From Nitrospirota bacterium (GTDB taxonomy: Bacteria; UBA2233): DNA of 64,000 nucleotides. Under the pieces are notes generated by a model. That model had not been told where the DNA came from. It made no database searches and saw only the letters and a program-made list of their open reading frames with translations. Position 1 is the stretch's first letter; each line of letters begins with the position of its first letter. The stretch is taken from positions 3,037 to 67,036 of the forward strand of contig WOZJ01000071.1 in NCBI GenBank assembly GCA_011620345.1, in the 5' to 3' direction. Of this stretch, positions 19,661 to 28,716 are shown in pieces. The translations under genes were made by a program, and so were the position numbers.

Positions 19661-20172
19661 GGGTCGAAAATGCCTTCCAAAAGTTCCCAGTTTAGATGCG
19701 GGTGGGTAGTTGCTAGCACAAGACGCTCGAGCGTACGCATCGTCATCTCTGCCGAAGCGCCTCGCGTGTGGTCATAACCGGCCAAGTGGAGGAGTCCGTG
19801 GACCCAGAGTCTCAAGACGACAGATTCGTAGGGAAGGTTTTTTTCCTTGGCACGCCGTAGGGCCCATTCTCCATTGAGGACGACATCGCCCATGTTGCGG
19901 TCCTCCAGCCCGTAACCAAAGCTCAGGACATTAGTTGCGGTATCTTTCTTCCGGTAGCGCGCATTGAGGGTTTGAGAGGTTTGATTGCCCACAAGCGCCA
20001 GGGCAATGCCGTACCCCTCAAAGCCCAAGGCGCTTAAGTGCCGCCTCATCGTAGCCTTGAATGGCCGGATATTCAGGTTTCGAGAAAGGGCCGGGCTTTC
20101 TGGTATTAGCGCGACGTTGACCCTCGGGTTTTGCAACCTGTTGACGGACAAGCTCATAGCGGACACGCCCAT
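19648..20172 (-). CDS. ybeY: rRNA maturation endoribonuclease YbeY (true start probably downstream of 20172)
   Basis: LNARYR..D..TNVLSF, HGLLHLAGYDH. Confidence 0.93.
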   Translation of the reverse strand: MGVSAMSLSVNRLQNPRVNVALIPESPALSRNLNIRPFKATMRRHLSALGFEGYGIALALVGNQTSQTLNARYRKKDTATNVLSFGYGLEDRNMGDVVLNGEWALRRAKEKNLPYESVVLRLWVHGLLHLAGYDHTRGASAEMTMRTLERLVLATTHPHLNWELLEGIFDPCVS

Positions 20173-22390
20173 GGTAGATGCTTATAAGGGTTTCAATCAA
20201 GCTCCTAGCGATCGCATGCAAGTCTTTGAGCGTCATGTCGCAACCGTCTAGCTGACCGTCCAAAAATTTGGTCCGGATTGTTCGCTGGACAAGCCCTTGT
20301 ATCCTGGCGACAGAGAACTCGGGCAGCGTCCTCGCGCTTGCCTCGAGAGAATCGGCGAGCATCAAGACGCCCGCCTCCTTGGAGCGCGGCTTTGGGCCAG
20401 GGTAGCGGAAGTCCGGCTCTTGGACGTTCGGGTCGAGGAGGACGGCCTTATCGAAGAAGAACTTGATCAACGTGGTGCCGTGGTGTTCCGGGATCATTCG
20501 GGTCACCGCTTCCGGAAGCTTATGGGCCCTGGCCAACTCGATTCCCTCTTTGACATGCGCCTTTATGATCAACGCGCTCAATGTAGGGGATAGGCCATCG
20601 TGGCAGTTGGGCTCTCCTGGCCTTAGGTTTTCGACATAATACTGAGGCCTTCTCATCTTGCCGATGTCGTGAAAATACGCTCCGACACGGACAAGCAGCG
20701 CGTTGGCTCCGATCTGTTTGGCCGCACGGTCTGCCAGCACGCTCATCGTCAAAGAATGACTGTACGTTCCCGGGGCGAGCATGGCCAGCTTTTTAAGCAG
20801 AGGGTGCTCCATCGAGGAAAGCTCGAGCAACGAAAGCGTGGTTGCGTAACCAAACGCATACTCGATCAGCGGAAGAAGGCCCAATGACAAGATTGTAGTT
20901 AGCCAGTTGCCCACGTTGGCTGCAAGTATGCCAAGGAGGAATTTCTGGAAAGAGACAGTCCCGGGCGAGGGGAACCCCTCAATCAGGGCAACCAACACGA
21001 CGATGGCCATACCCATGAAAGATGTCTGTCTGCCAAGCTTGAGAAAACCCGTCCTGCTCTCCAGTCGTGAAAACCAGATAAGGAGCGTGCATCCCATCAG
21101 AAAGGCATAAAGAGAGGCATACGCCGCAGGGGGGAGGAACCAGCCAATCAAAAGACTGTAGAGCGTAAGGAAAATAAACGATTCCTTTGGGCCGAAGATG
21201 GAGCGAACGAGCATTGGGGCCAAGGTAACGGGCAAGCAAGCGATTGCCAAGAATTGGTCAAACCCGTTCTTGGGAGAAACCTCGAGCACTTTGAGAATGC
21301 CCGCTCTTGAGAGAGTAAGGAGCCCAAGGGTAACGACGAGTAGAAAACCATAGTAGAGAAGGTTCTTTGGCTTAAGCCCTTCTGCTACATCAACGACCGG
21401 GGCCACTCTAATGGCATAGAGGAGTGCGAGGAACATTAGCAGCGAAGTACCAATGAAGTAAGAGAGGGCAAACCCCGTTGAGGCCTGGGCGTTTTTCTTG
21501 AGCTTTTCGAGCTGTTCGGGGTAGATAACCTCGTCTTGATGAACGATGACCTCTCCCTTGCGGACCGTTCGAAGGACGGGAGGGGTCTTTTCGTACGTCA
21601 CCTTTTTCCTAAGGAGCGTGCTTTCCTGGTCAAAATAGACGTTTGGCAGAAGAAGTTCGGAGATATATCCAGCAAGCCCTTCTTTCCCGGGCAGGTCGTT
21701 GGGCAGCGTTTTGACAAGGCGATCGTATAGCGATTGTCTGGCTTCGCTGCGCCCGATGAAGCGCTCTGGGGCAATCTCGATCTCTTTGCCGTTCCTTAGA
21801 CGTACGACGTAAGGCCGGCTTGGGTTGGTTTCGGCCATGGGGCCGGCAGGCTCCTCCCGGACAAAGCTCGAGGCGTAGACGTTGGCCACCTCGAGGGCGA
21901 GCCGTTCTTGCAGGTCTTCAGAAACTCCTTCTTTGCTTAAAAAGGTAAGTGCCTCTTTTGGAGGCCTAAGCCCCGTGTGCTCAAAGAGCGCTTGTTCGCA
22001 TTCGAGCGGAGCATTCCTTTTAAACGCTTTTGTACACGTTTTGAGTGCCAGCCCAAGGTTTCGAACGATAAGGTCCGGAATTTCTTCGGCCAAGAAATAA
22101 ACGGGCGGAACCTCGAGGGCCGCGCGCTCCTTGGCCTGAAAGGTCGCTGCAGGGTCGACGACTTTGAAGTCTTTTTTAGCGTGAACCGGGTAACGTGCGA
22201 CATCCCCGACGTTGAAGTTTTCCTTTTTGTGCAACAACTCAGGACTTATCGCAAACGTTAGTAGTCCACTTATTCCAAGCAAGATTGTCACTAGAACAAC
22301 TTTTTTTCGGTTGTCCACCGACACAAACAGGCCTGCCCAGAGCCGTGAAAGACTAAGCCTCCTTAGGCCAAACGGGCTATTTTCTGCCAT
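20018..22390 (-). CDS. 7TM-HD membrane phosphohydrolase (PgpH-like)
   Basis: 7TM-HD extracellular region, 7 TM helices, APGTYSHS, FHDIGK, EHHGT, MLADSLEA; ATG 22390 overlaps the phoH end. Confidence 0.92.
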   Translation of the reverse strand: MAENSPFGLRRLSLSRLWAGLFVSVDNRKKVVLVTILLGISGLLTFAISPELLHKKENFNVGDVARYPVHAKKDFKVVDPAATFQAKERAALEVPPVYFLAEEIPDLIVRNLGLALKTCTKAFKRNAPLECEQALFEHTGLRPPKEALTFLSKEGVSEDLQERLALEVANVYASSFVREEPAGPMAETNPSRPYVVRLRNGKEIEIAPERFIGRSEARQSLYDRLVKTLPNDLPGKEGLAGYISELLLPNVYFDQESTLLRKKVTYEKTPPVLRTVRKGEVIVHQDEVIYPEQLEKLKKNAQASTGFALSYFIGTSLLMFLALLYAIRVAPVVDVAEGLKPKNLLYYGFLLVVTLGLLTLSRAGILKVLEVSPKNGFDQFLAIACLPVTLAPMLVRSIFGPKESFIFLTLYSLLIGWFLPPAAYASLYAFLMGCTLLIWFSRLESRTGFLKLGRQTSFMGMAIVVLVALIEGFPSPGTVSFQKFLLGILAANVGNWLTTILSLGLLPLIEYAFGYATTLSLLELSSMEHPLLKKLAMLAPGTYSHSLTMSVLADRAAKQIGANALLVRVGAYFHDIGKMRRPQYYVENLRPGEPNCHDGLSPTLSALIIKAHVKEGIELARAHKLPEAVTRMIPEHHGTTLIKFFFDKAVLLDPNVQEPDFRYPGPKPRSKEAGVLMLADSLEASARTLPEFSVARIQGLVQRTIRTKFLDGQLDGCDMTLKDLHAIARSLIETLISIYHGRVRYELVRQQVAKPEGQRRANTRKPGPFSKPEYPAIQGYDEAALKRLGL

Positions 22391-23372
22391 TGCCCTCCTC
22401 GTAGGCTTGCAACACGGCCTGAACAAGAGGGTGACGCACGACATCCGCCGAAGTAAGGGATACTAAAGAAATGCTTGGAATACCCTTTAAGATGCGTATC
22501 GCTTCGATTAACCCGGAAGGCATTCCTTGAGGAATATCGACCTGTGTGACGTCTCCCGTTACGACAACCTTTGAGCCAAACCCCATACGGGTCAGGAACA
22601 TCTTCATCTGTTCCGAGGAGGTATTCTGCGCCTCGTCCAAGATGATGAACGCATCGTTGAGCGTGCGGCCGCGCATATAAGCCAAAGGGGCGATTTCAAT
22701 AACGCCTTTGGCCAAGAACTGTTTGGTGCGCTCCTGCCCCAAGAAATCGTGCAGGCTATCGTAGAGGGGGCGCATGTAGGGGTCAACCTTTTCAACCAGC
22801 GTGCCGGGGAGGAACCCTAGCTTTTCTCCTGCCTCCACGGCGGGACGAACGAGGACGATTCGCTTCTGGATCTGGTTCACCAAAGAAACGACGGCCATGG
22901 CAATGGCCAAGTAGGTCTTCCCCGTCCCGGCCGGCCCGATACAGAAAACCATGTCGCAGCCTTGGATAGCCCTTAAGTAGTGCTCCTGGTTGGGTGTTTT
23001 GGCCTTAACCCAGGTTGTCCAGATTTCTTTCGGTTTTACGGTAGGATCGATTCCGGGCCCTTGAGCTTGCACCTTCCTATGGCCTTCGGCCTCTTCGATC
23101 GTCCTTTCTATCTCCTCGAACGTAATCGCGGTTTTCCTTCTAATTTTTTCTGAGAGTCGATGGACCAAGCCTTCCGCCTTCTCCAGCTTCGACTCTTCGC
23201 CAAGGAGGTAAAGCGTGGTTCCTCGGTAGGAAAAGCGCACACCAAAATAGCGTTCCAGGAAGCGTAAGTGATGGCTTGCACCTCCGGCCAATGTCAAAAG
23301 CGATTCCTGATCCTCAAACTCAATTTTTCTTAGGGCTGTGCTGATTGCCTCGCCCCGATACCCCTGCGGCAT
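22377..23372 (-). CDS. phoH: PhoH-family ATPase (YbeZ)
   Basis: GPAGTGKT, RPAVEAGEKLGFLPG, MRGRT, DEAQN, VVRHPLV. Confidence 0.96.
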   Translation of the reverse strand: MPQGYRGEAISTALRKIEFEDQESLLTLAGGASHHLRFLERYFGVRFSYRGTTLYLLGEESKLEKAEGLVHRLSEKIRRKTAITFEEIERTIEEAEGHRKVQAQGPGIDPTVKPKEIWTTWVKAKTPNQEHYLRAIQGCDMVFCIGPAGTGKTYLAIAMAVVSLVNQIQKRIVLVRPAVEAGEKLGFLPGTLVEKVDPYMRPLYDSLHDFLGQERTKQFLAKGVIEIAPLAYMRGRTLNDAFIILDEAQNTSSEQMKMFLTRMGFGSKVVVTGDVTQVDIPQGMPSGLIEAIRILKGIPSISLVSLTSADVVRHPLVQAVLQAYEEGNGRK

Positions 23373-23587
23373 ACCTCTAATGGCCGGCCCTCCTAGGTCT
23401 TTTAAGGTTTTGAGGTCTCACGGTACGATTCGCCTGAAAGTCGAAAGGCGGACAAGACGGTGCGGGGTGATGAAAACGTGAACGCGTGCAGTTCGGTTGG
23501 AATCCTTCTCTATATTTGACATCCATCCCTTCAAGCACACAAGCACTCAGCAGTATGGCCCTATTTTGGGATGATACAAGCCGCACT

Positions 23588-23663
23588 TGGGGTGAGTGGA
23601 GGGGATTGAACCCTCGGCCACAGGGGCCACAACCCTGTGCTCTGCCACTGAGCTACACTCACC
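23588..23663 (-). tRNA. tRNA-His(GTG)
   Basis: Reverse complement GGTGAGTGTAGCTCAGTGGCAGAGCA-CAGGG-TTGTGGC-CCCTG...GGTTCAATCC...CACTCACCCCA; G-1:C73 pair, encoded CCA. Confidence 0.97.
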
Positions 23664-23776
23664 ATGTATGCGTACAAACCAGCAATCTTGTGGCTTTTGA
23701 CATCAGGATAGCACGGTTTCGTAAAGAAATGAAGCTCTACAGGGGAGCACGCATGGTTTTATGGGCCTCTTCCTCG

Positions 23777-23785
23777 TGTTATAAT
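23777..23785 (+). promoter_or_regulatory. Extended -10 promoter for the nifU-like/ATP-grasp operon
   Basis: TGtTATAAT ~40 nt upstream of ATG 23824, followed by AGGAGA RBS. Confidence 0.6.
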
Positions 23786-23823
23786 GTTTGTCACGCACTC
23801 CGCAAAAATAGGAGAACATAGAT

Positions 23824-24057
23824 ATGGAAGAAGCCATGACAGAAAGGGTAATGGGCGTACTTGGGCGTATTCGGCCCATGCTCAACATGGATGGCGGCGA
23901 CGTTGAGCTCGTCGAGGTCCGAAACCAAGAAGTTTATCTAAGGCTAAAGGGGGCTTGCGACGGGTGCCCGAGTGCATTCTTCACGCTACGGATGGGAATC
24001 GAACGAGCCCTTCGTTCGGAAATTCCAGAGATTCAACGGGTTATCGCTCTCCCTTGA
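23824..24057 (+). CDS. NifU C-terminal (Nfu) domain Fe-S carrier
   Basis: IRPxLxxDGGDVELV, GACDGCPS (CxxC), TLRMGIE. Confidence 0.92.
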   Translation: MEEAMTERVMGVLGRIRPMLNMDGGDVELVEVRNQEVYLRLKGACDGCPSAFFTLRMGIERALRSEIPEIQRVIALP

Positions 24058-24059
24058 AG

Positions 24060-25406
24060 ATGGAGCCCATTTTCTCCAACGAACGCTTGAATGACCTCGC
24101 TTCTTCTTCTTTTTTTTTGGCGTTGTCCGTTGAAGATGTGACCTTTGCTTTTGACGGGCCGAACGGCCTGCACGAAAGGGTGTTTCCTTTTGATCCAATT
24201 CCTCGCTTAATTCCGCAAAATGAGTTTGATCGCCTGGAGGAAGGCATCAAGCAGCGGGTTGTTGCGATGAACATGTTTTTGCAAGATATTTACCATGAAG
24301 GAAAAATATTTAAGGATAAGGTGTTTTCGGAATCGTTTTTTCTCTCCTCTTCGGGGTATATGGTCGAAGCCAGGGGTATTACTCCGCCCAAGGGGGTGTT
24401 TCTCCACCTGTCGGGCATTGACCTCGTTCGGGCGGCCGATACATGGTTCGTGCTCGAGGACAACCTAAGGATTCCTTCCGGTGTATCCTATGCACTTAAG
24501 GCCCGTGAGTTGTACGAAACCTGCATTCCCGATGTTCTGGCGGAACGGGGGACAAAAGAGACGCTGACCTTCTTGCAACACCTAGGTAAGGCTTTTTCGT
24601 CCGTGAACGCCGACGGGGAGGGAGTTATTCTCTCCCCGGGTAGACACAATGCGGCCTTCTTCGAGCACGGCTACTTGGCGGAATCGCTCGGGATGACCCT
24701 TGCGTTTGGGGAAGATTTGCTCGTCTATGGAGAAGATCTTTTCCTTAGGGGGTGTTTTGGGAAAAGGCATAAGGTTGGGTTTGTCTATAAAAGGCTCAAC
24801 GACGAATATCTTGACCCTGTCATGTTCAACCCTGCCTCGGTGATAGGCGTCCCCAACATCTACCCAATTTACAAAAAAGGGAGGGTGGGGATTGGGAACG
24901 CGCTTGGGACCGGGGTGGCGGACGACAAGGGGGTTTTTTATTACACCCCCCAAATCATCCGCTACTACTTAGGGCAAGACCCTATTCTTCCTTTGCCTCC
25001 CACCTACCTTCCGGAAGACCCGAAGGATGCAGCGTTCGTCCTTGAGAACATGGGCAGGCTCGTGATCAAAGAGGTCAACTCGGCAGGAGGATTTGGTGTC
25101 CGCTTCGGCCCTAGGCTTACAAAAGCAGAGCTAGCGGAGTTAAAAGTGCGCATTGTCGCTTCCCCAAGGGGCTTTATTGCCCAGGAGCTTCTCGATTTTG
25201 AAGAACTTGACGTCCGCCTTCAAGATGGAACGTACGAGAAACGGCGGGCCGACTTGCGGATGTATGCCGCTATGGGCGAGGACGTCTCCGTGCTCCAAGG
25301 CGGCTTGAGCCGATTTAGCGGCCAACGGGGATCTTACCTGGTAAATTCATGCCAAGGGGGAGGCTACAAGGATACATGGGTATACCAACCCGCACAGACT
25401 GCTTAA
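24060..25406 (+). CDS. Circularly permuted type 2 ATP-grasp protein
   Basis: FPFDPIPR, GIDLVR, VLEDNLRIPSGVSY, FEHGYLA, GTGVADDK, VNSCQGGGYKDTWV. Confidence 0.93.
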   Translation: MEPIFSNERLNDLASSSFFLALSVEDVTFAFDGPNGLHERVFPFDPIPRLIPQNEFDRLEEGIKQRVVAMNMFLQDIYHEGKIFKDKVFSESFFLSSSGYMVEARGITPPKGVFLHLSGIDLVRAADTWFVLEDNLRIPSGVSYALKARELYETCIPDVLAERGTKETLTFLQHLGKAFSSVNADGEGVILSPGRHNAAFFEHGYLAESLGMTLAFGEDLLVYGEDLFLRGCFGKRHKVGFVYKRLNDEYLDPVMFNPASVIGVPNIYPIYKKGRVGIGNALGTGVADDKGVFYYTPQIIRYYLGQDPILPLPPTYLPEDPKDAAFVLENMGRLVIKEVNSAGGFGVRFGPRLTKAELAELKVRIVASPRGFIAQELLDFEELDVRLQDGTYEKRRADLRMYAAMGEDVSVLQGGLSRFSGQRGSYLVNSCQGGGYKDTWVYQPAQTA

Positions 25407-26008
25407 ACCTTTTTTGGTTAGGTAGATATACAACCCGTACGCTCGGGACGCTCACGCTCGGGCTGGAGGTGCTTCGGTGCTTGGCGAGGGGGTTCCCTTG
25501 GCCGAAGGCATACGAAGGGCTGCTTGGTAGGCTCCCTTTGGCTCAAGAAGCCCTCCCTTGGTTCCTCGATACGGTTGTACGCCAAGAAGAACCTCCGGGT
25601 GTAGGGTTTGCCCTTAAGATGGCCAGGGAGGATGCCATCTGCCTGCGGGGTCTTTTGGGTACAAAGGCCGTCACGCTCGTGAACCTTGCCGGCCAAGAAG
25701 CCATGGCAATCCAAGAGTCGAACGTGCTGCAGGCCCCCCAAAGAATACTGGCTTTTGGAAATGCCTTGCTTGTTCATACCAAAGAGAGGCTCGGAGCGGA
25801 ATGGGCCTGGATGTTTGAGCTTGGAGGATTCGTAGAAGCTCTCGATTTGCGCTTAAGCGTTCTGGATATGGAAGGAGCCCTGCATGCTGCCTCGCGGCTT
25901 AACGGCCTTTTCCAGGAAAACGGGCTTGCGATTGCGCCGTTGGAACAGCTAACGTTGCCCTCTTTAGAGGAGAAGGTTCATGCCTTTGAGCGCATGCTAT
26001 CTGTTTAA
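25376..26008 (+). CDS. Alpha-E domain (DUF403-like) protein, short and divergent
   Basis: LFWLGRYTTR and LGGFVEALD correspond to the two W..RY.ER / LG..ER repeats; sits between ATP-grasp and transglutaminase. Confidence 0.75.
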   Translation: MGIPTRTDCLNLFWLGRYTTRTLGTLTLGLEVLRCLARGFPWPKAYEGLLGRLPLAQEALPWFLDTVVRQEEPPGVGFALKMAREDAICLRGLLGTKAVTLVNLAGQEAMAIQESNVLQAPQRILAFGNALLVHTKERLGAEWAWMFELGGFVEALDLRLSVLDMEGALHAASRLNGLFQENGLAIAPLEQLTLPSLEEKVHAFERMLSV

Positions 26009-26804
26009 GTCGACCACGCGGCTTACGATTGCAGCCCCTGCAAGAGAGCACCACTTCCTTCTGCGTATCCTTCCCAAATCCATGCCTTGCATGATTTTGT
26101 CAGAATGGGAACTTTCAATCGAGGCTGCGGACTATGTTTCGGCCTTTGAGGATGCCTTTGGCAATCGGGTTTTTTATGGGGCCGTTCTAGGCGAGCATGC
26201 TCAGCTTGTTGCCAGTGTTTGGGGGAAGGTTTTGCAGAGGAATGAGTACTGGGACGACGACGTCCAAGGACTAGGACTGTTTTGTCTTCCCTCGCCGATG
26301 GTCGGCCCAAGCGAAGCCTTGGATGGGCTTGTAGCCGCAATGACGCCCGCATTCCGCAAGCTTCAAACTCGAGAAGGAATGCTTTTCTTGAACGATGCCG
26401 TCTTTCGCCAGCTTGTCTACGAAAAATGCGTAACAAACTCCGAAACGGACGCGGGCGAGGCGCTTTCTAGGGGCAAGGGGGTCTGTCAGGATTTCGCGCA
26501 CATCTTGATCGGCCTTCTCCGCGGGCTTGGAGTGCCAGCGCGATACGTGACAGGATACATAGAGGGCGAGGGCGATAGCCACGCCTGGGTCGAGGCGTTC
26601 CACGAAGGCCGATGGTATGGCTTAGACCCGACGCACAACACGTTCGTTAGGGAAGGGTACATTAAAGTGGCTCACGGGCGAGACGCCAAGGACACGCGGA
26701 TGAATTCGGGAGTCTTCAAGGGCAAGTTTTCTCAATACGTCGAAGTTAATGTGCGCGTAGAGATGCTGGAAACGGACGATGCTCGAGACCTGGTTCACGC
26801 TTAA
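25980..26804 (+). CDS. Bacterial transglutaminase-like protein
   Basis: DAFGN, GVCQDFAH, ARYVTGY, SHAWVE, GLDPT (C-H-D triad), GRD. Confidence 0.93.
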   Translation: MPLSACYLFKSTTRLTIAAPAREHHFLLRILPKSMPCMILSEWELSIEAADYVSAFEDAFGNRVFYGAVLGEHAQLVASVWGKVLQRNEYWDDDVQGLGLFCLPSPMVGPSEALDGLVAAMTPAFRKLQTREGMLFLNDAVFRQLVYEKCVTNSETDAGEALSRGKGVCQDFAHILIGLLRGLGVPARYVTGYIEGEGDSHAWVEAFHEGRWYGLDPTHNTFVREGYIKVAHGRDAKDTRMNSGVFKGKFSQYVEVNVRVEMLETDDARDLVHA

Positions 26805-27726
26805 CCTGCCAACCCGCGAAACGGTTGCCCTTCAAAGGCAGCGCTTTTTTCCCGAGGGTACGGAGGGGTCTTTTAAGCACCTAAAAAGGCTTTCGGTTCT
26901 ATCCGGAATTCACGGAGATGAGCTGGAAGGGCTCTACATCTGCTACCGCCTCGCCTCCTTCCTTAAGGAAAACCCTCAGGCGATCCGGGGGGTCATCGAC
27001 ATCTATCCAAGCTTGAACCCTTTGGGGGTGAGCATGACCCGGCGGTTCGTCCCGTTCTTCGAGATGGATTTGAACCGCGTGTTTCCAGGGGATTCGTTTG
27101 GGAGCCTGCCCGAAAAGATGGCGCATGCGGCAGTCCATGCGGTAAGCGGCTCGAATATTGCTGTTGATTTGCATGCAAGCAACATTTTTTTAAAGGAAAT
27201 CCCTCAAGTTCGGATCGACGAGGGAAACACATCAAAGCTTTTACCCTTAGCCAAGCTTTTGAACGTAGACTTTGTTTGGGTATACCCTTCTGTTACCGTG
27301 CTCCGCTCAACATTGGCCCATACGCTCAACGCCATAGGCGTACGCACGCTCGTGGTCGAGATGGGGGTCGGGCTTCGGGTAACTCCCGTTTTCGGAGATC
27401 AGCTCGTTTCAGGTCTTCTCCATTTGATGGCCCATGAAGGGTTCCTTTCGCTCGATTCTCCGCCCGAAGTGCGCGAGCCCATTGTTTCTATAAACGAGCA
27501 AGTTTACTTTATAAATGCCGGCTGTTCCGGCCTGTTTATTCCCGGAGCAGACCATGGGGGAAGGATAGGAAAAGAAGAGGTGATCGGGCAAATCGTATCC
27601 CCCTTTACGGGAGAGGGGCTGGAGACGCTAAGGAGCCCGGCAGATGGCCTTTTGTTCACACTTCGGGCCTATCCGATCGTGTTCGAGGGCTCGTTGGTCG
27701 CCAGGGTCTGCGCACTGGAGGGCTAA
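26779..27726 (+). CDS. M14-family metallopeptidase (succinylglutamate desuccinylase/aspartoacylase-like), active-site residues intact
   Basis: GIHGDELEG, DLNRVFPG, DLH, VVEMG; C-terminal biotinyl-like hairpin. Confidence 0.9.
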   Translation: MLETWFTLNLPTRETVALQRQRFFPEGTEGSFKHLKRLSVLSGIHGDELEGLYICYRLASFLKENPQAIRGVIDIYPSLNPLGVSMTRRFVPFFEMDLNRVFPGDSFGSLPEKMAHAAVHAVSGSNIAVDLHASNIFLKEIPQVRIDEGNTSKLLPLAKLLNVDFVWVYPSVTVLRSTLAHTLNAIGVRTLVVEMGVGLRVTPVFGDQLVSGLLHLMAHEGFLSLDSPPEVREPIVSINEQVYFINAGCSGLFIPGADHGGRIGKEEVIGQIVSPFTGEGLETLRSPADGLLFTLRAYPIVFEGSLVARVCALEG

Positions 27727-28652
27727 TGGTACGAGAAATCTTGGTTCAAATGACTTCGCCGGCCGGCTATCCGATTCACGTCGTCGGGTTTCGGTTTGGG
27801 GAGGGTAGGCCAAAGGTGGCTATCGTGGGCGGCCTTAGGGGCGACGAGGTCCATCAAAGCTACGTGGTCGCACGGCTATGCGCCTTCTTGAGGCGGGAGG
27901 CCGAAAGGAACCCCGGCGTTATTCAAGGGGAAATTCTCCTCGTTCCGCTAGTCAACACCTTCGGGTTCAACGTGGGGTATCGCTTCTGGCCCCCGGATGC
28001 AACCGATATTGACAAAATGTTCCCTGGTTTTCGCTTCGGAGAGACCACACAGATTCTTGCCTATTCACTGTTTGAAAAGCTCAAGGATGCCGACTTCGGC
28101 GTGCACGTCACAAGCCTTGATCCCCATCAAGAGCACATGGCCCTCACGACGATGTACGGGTCTGGCTTGGGGAATATCGAGGCGGGGTCGTATTTTGGAA
28201 CCCATTTCTTGTACGTGAAGGATCCGAAACCCTTCGATACAGGATCTCTTTTGTACAACTGGCAAGTCTGGGACGTTCGTGCCCTTGGCTTGGTCGGGGG
28301 CAAGCCTTCAGAAATCCAACAAGACCTTGCCCTCGAACAAACAACGGCCATTCTTCGGTTTCTTTCCAAGGTTGGAGTCTTGAAGTTAAGGGTCCCGGAG
28401 CGCTTCAGCCCCGTTTTGCTCGAAGAGGCAGATTTGCTGCTTGTCCGGAACAGGCACTCTGGGCTTTTTTTGCCCCTCAAGGCTCCAGGGTGCGGAGTGT
28501 TCGAAGGGGAGACGTTAGGCTGGGTCCGGGATACGCTTACCGGTGAACCGCTCGAAGAGCTCCAAAGCCCATCCCTAGGAACCGTATTCTTTCGGTATGC
28601 CCGTCCCGCAATTTTTGAAGAGGAGGTGGCTTTCGGGGTTGCAACCCGCTGA
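27726..28652 (+). CDS. M14-family paralogue with degenerate active site
   Basis: GLRGDE (H to R), DIDKMFPG (NR lost), no DLH, no catalytic E; same overall layout as the upstream gene. Confidence 0.8.
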   Translation: MVREILVQMTSPAGYPIHVVGFRFGEGRPKVAIVGGLRGDEVHQSYVVARLCAFLRREAERNPGVIQGEILLVPLVNTFGFNVGYRFWPPDATDIDKMFPGFRFGETTQILAYSLFEKLKDADFGVHVTSLDPHQEHMALTTMYGSGLGNIEAGSYFGTHFLYVKDPKPFDTGSLLYNWQVWDVRALGLVGGKPSEIQQDLALEQTTAILRFLSKVGVLKLRVPERFSPVLLEEADLLLVRNRHSGLFLPLKAPGCGVFEGETLGWVRDTLTGEPLEELQSPSLGTVFFRYARPAIFEEEVAFGVATR

Positions 28653-28716
28653 GTGCGAAAGCCTTTTTTCGTAATGTCTTCAAGAGTCCAAAAAGCTCTT
28701 AATGCCCGCCTAGCCG

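Noticed and set aside
20018-20172. 155-bp overlap of the HD gene and ybeY as a frameshift
   Set aside because: Both proteins have complete motifs; the ybeY start is probably just further downstream
23373-23587. Riboswitch/ncRNA upstream of phoH (CGCCT...AGGCG hairpin)
   Set aside because: Single short stem with no recognisable aptamer consensus; an Infernal/Rfam scan would be needed
23588-23663. tRNA-His as the attB site of the accessory block
   Set aside because: The tRNA 3' end faces phoH, away from the block, and no duplicated tRNA fragment was seen
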